Source: an uncultured cyanobacterium (GTDB lineage: Bacteria > Cyanobacteriota > Cyanobacteriia > CAKZMO01). From it: 64,000 nt of DNA. The notes below the pieces were generated by a model. That model made no database searches. It was not told the DNA's origin and saw only the letters and a program-made list of their open reading frames with translations. This document shows, piece by piece, positions 62,458 to 64,000 of this stretch. Positions within the stretch are counted from its first letter, which is position 1; every line of letters starts with the position of its first letter. The DNA is taken from NCBI GenBank assembly GCA_963719515.1, contig CAVRCJ010000011.1, forward strand, positions 128,001 through 192,000, read 5' to 3'. The translations under genes were made by a program, and so were the position numbers.

Positions 62458-62692
62458 TTGGCAAGGGGGAGCTAGAGGGGGTCAGACCAACCTGTGTGTA
62501 CACCGTGGCTTACCAAGGGGGACGCCGGAGGCGGGAGTCTATCCAAAGCTGATAGCTGTCTATCTGCCCCCCTCAACCATCCGATCCTGATTCACCTAAA
62601 TATTGTCAATGTTAAGATCGCGGAGGGTTTCCCTCCGCAAAAGGAGTAGCGACCTATACTGGAATCCCCCGCAGCAACCGGGCCGAATCATC

Positions 62693-63685
62693 ATGGGCGT
62701 TGACATTCAGCAATACAAAACCCAGCAGTTCACCGAATGGGCTCCCCTAGCCTGCAAAGGCGCACTGGGGCTAATGGCGATCGCCACCCTCCTTTCCTTC
62801 TTCCTGCCCCGGCAGGTCTTAGACGAGCGCGTCACCATCGCCGCCGAAGAGGTGGCCACCATTGGCCCCATTCAACCCCAGCAAAGCCCCATCGGTGCCA
62901 TGCGCATCGACGCCGAGGCGCAGCTCCCCGCCAACAGCTGGGCCACCTTCGAGCTGCAGATACTCGACGAGCAGGGCGAAGTGATCGCCTCCAGCCTAAA
63001 GCCCGCCTGGCGAGAGTCAGGCACCTGGCGAGAAGACGGCGAATCGGGCACCTGGGACGAAGAAGACGCCAAAGGCCGGTTCGACATCCGTCAGGCCACC
63101 ATCGACTCACCCGTCAGCATCGCCGTCTCCAGCCTTGAGCAAGGCTCAGCCAACGGACAGCCCCTCAGCCAGCCCGTCACCTACCGCGTCAGAGTCTGGG
63201 ATGGCGCAGTAGACCGCCGGTTTTTGTGGAGCGGCCTTGTGGGCGTAGGGCTTTTGACCTGGATCACCGGAGCCTCAGTGAGCCGCACCGGGCGGGTGGC
63301 CGTTTCCAAAAGCATCGGCGACAGCGACCTAATGGCCCGCACCCAGGTGGGCGGCCCCGACGCCCTCGTACAGGTCGTCATCAGCGTGCTCTCAGACGAC
63401 ACCTCACCCCCCTTCCTAACCGCCAACTTTTTCCTCAAAGACAGCCAGGGGGAAGCGGTCTACGAAAAGCAAGTGCCAATAGATCTTTCATTTAAAAGAG
63501 AAAACGGCAAAATCGACAGCGCTCGGGGGCAATGCGCCCTCGACCTGATCATCGAGCCGCAAGCCTCCTACGGCTTTTACGTCGAGATCACCCCCGACAT
63601 GCCCGTCGATAAAACAACCCTCAAGGTCATCCAGGGCGCTCGCCGCACTGGTCCCGTCGAAGTCACCCACCTAAAACTCTCCTAG
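62693..63685 (+). CDS. Hypothetical membrane protein
   Basis: Two TM segments; W.ESGTWREDGESGTWDEED motif; first gene of an operon. Confidence 0.7.
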   Translation: MGVDIQQYKTQQFTEWAPLACKGALGLMAIATLLSFFLPRQVLDERVTIAAEEVATIGPIQPQQSPIGAMRIDAEAQLPANSWATFELQILDEQGEVIASSLKPAWRESGTWREDGESGTWDEEDAKGRFDIRQATIDSPVSIAVSSLEQGSANGQPLSQPVTYRVRVWDGAVDRRFLWSGLVGVGLLTWITGASVSRTGRVAVSKSIGDSDLMARTQVGGPDALVQVVISVLSDDTSPPFLTANFFLKDSQGEAVYEKQVPIDLSFKRENGKIDSARGQCALDLIIEPQASYGFYVEITPDMPVDKTTLKVIQGARRTGPVEVTHLKLS

Positions 63686-63697
63686 CGCTTATTCACT

Positions 63698-63928
63698 ATG
63701 CTGCCAAAACTCATCGCCGCCTCCGCCCTCCTCATCGCCGTGCTCGCCGTCTGGGGCAGCTTCACCCAAACCTCGGCCCTCAACCTAGGCCAAGAACAGC
63801 AGCCCTTCTACCGGCCCTACTACGGCACCCGGCTCTCCGGCATGCGCTACGGCGGCCAGTGGCAGCCCACGCCGCTGCGCAACAGCTACGAGGGCTTTAG
63901 CGGTGGGGGCACCGGAGCCGGGAAATAG
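63698..63928 (+). CDS. Small membrane protein ending in GGGTGAGK
   Basis: N-terminal TM segment; abuts the next gene. Confidence 0.7.
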   Translation: MLPKLIAASALLIAVLAVWGSFTQTSALNLGQEQQPFYRPYYGTRLSGMRYGGQWQPTPLRNSYEGFSGGGTGAGK

Positions 63929-64000
63929 ATGGGCCAATCCCTGACGCGCCGCCAGATTCGCTGGCTGCTGGCGGCGGCGGCGGTCTCCTCCGGCTGCGGG
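63929..64000 (+). CDS. 5' end of a probable membrane polyamine aminopropyltransferase (spermidine synthase-like), partial
   Basis: MGQSLTRRQIRWLLAAAAVSSGCG resembles the N-terminus of membrane SpeE-like proteins; only 24 codons are visible. Confidence 0.4.
   Translation, partial: MGQSLTRRQIRWLLAAAAVSSGCG

Noticed and set aside
1..64000. tRNA/rRNA genes, integrase, reverse transcriptase (retron/DGR), prophage
   Set aside because: None recognised by eye, and no att-like direct repeats were found around the defence island.

Overview
Cyanobacterial chromosome segment: the HIP1 octamer GCGATCGC is abundant, ndhA-I-G-E is present and GC is fairly high. Most of 4.7-46 kb is housekeeping: def, an HtrA-like protease, a two-component cluster, pyrR, fni, ndhAIGE-nadK, tolC, ffh, an adenylate cyclase, bamA-lpxC-fabZ-lpxA-lpxB, trmJ, iaaA and an M23 peptidase. 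Accessory parts are a translationally coupled cysteate synthase + GH3 amido-synthetase pair at the left edge, an IS200/IS605 (IS1341-type) tnpB element broken by tiny hairpin inserts, and a ~12 kb defence island (49.6-61.1 kb) with type I R-M, M48 peptidase, Mrr, and decayed TA and xisHI cassettes bracketed by tandem-repeat arrays. The best candidates for new biology are (1) the cysteate synthase-GH3 operon, possibly making sulfonate-amide conjugates; (2) a TrcP-like deaminase-pseudouridine synthase fusion; (3) a probable ~50-nt sRNA upstream of ffh; (4) a multi-hairpin leader that sequesters the RBS of an uncharacterised gene at 61.8 kb; and (5) an orphan IS605 right end / omegaRNA-like element. 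Several frameshifts are repaired by adding single bases in short homopolymers and may be assembly errors. All family calls come from motif recognition by eye; no searches were run.
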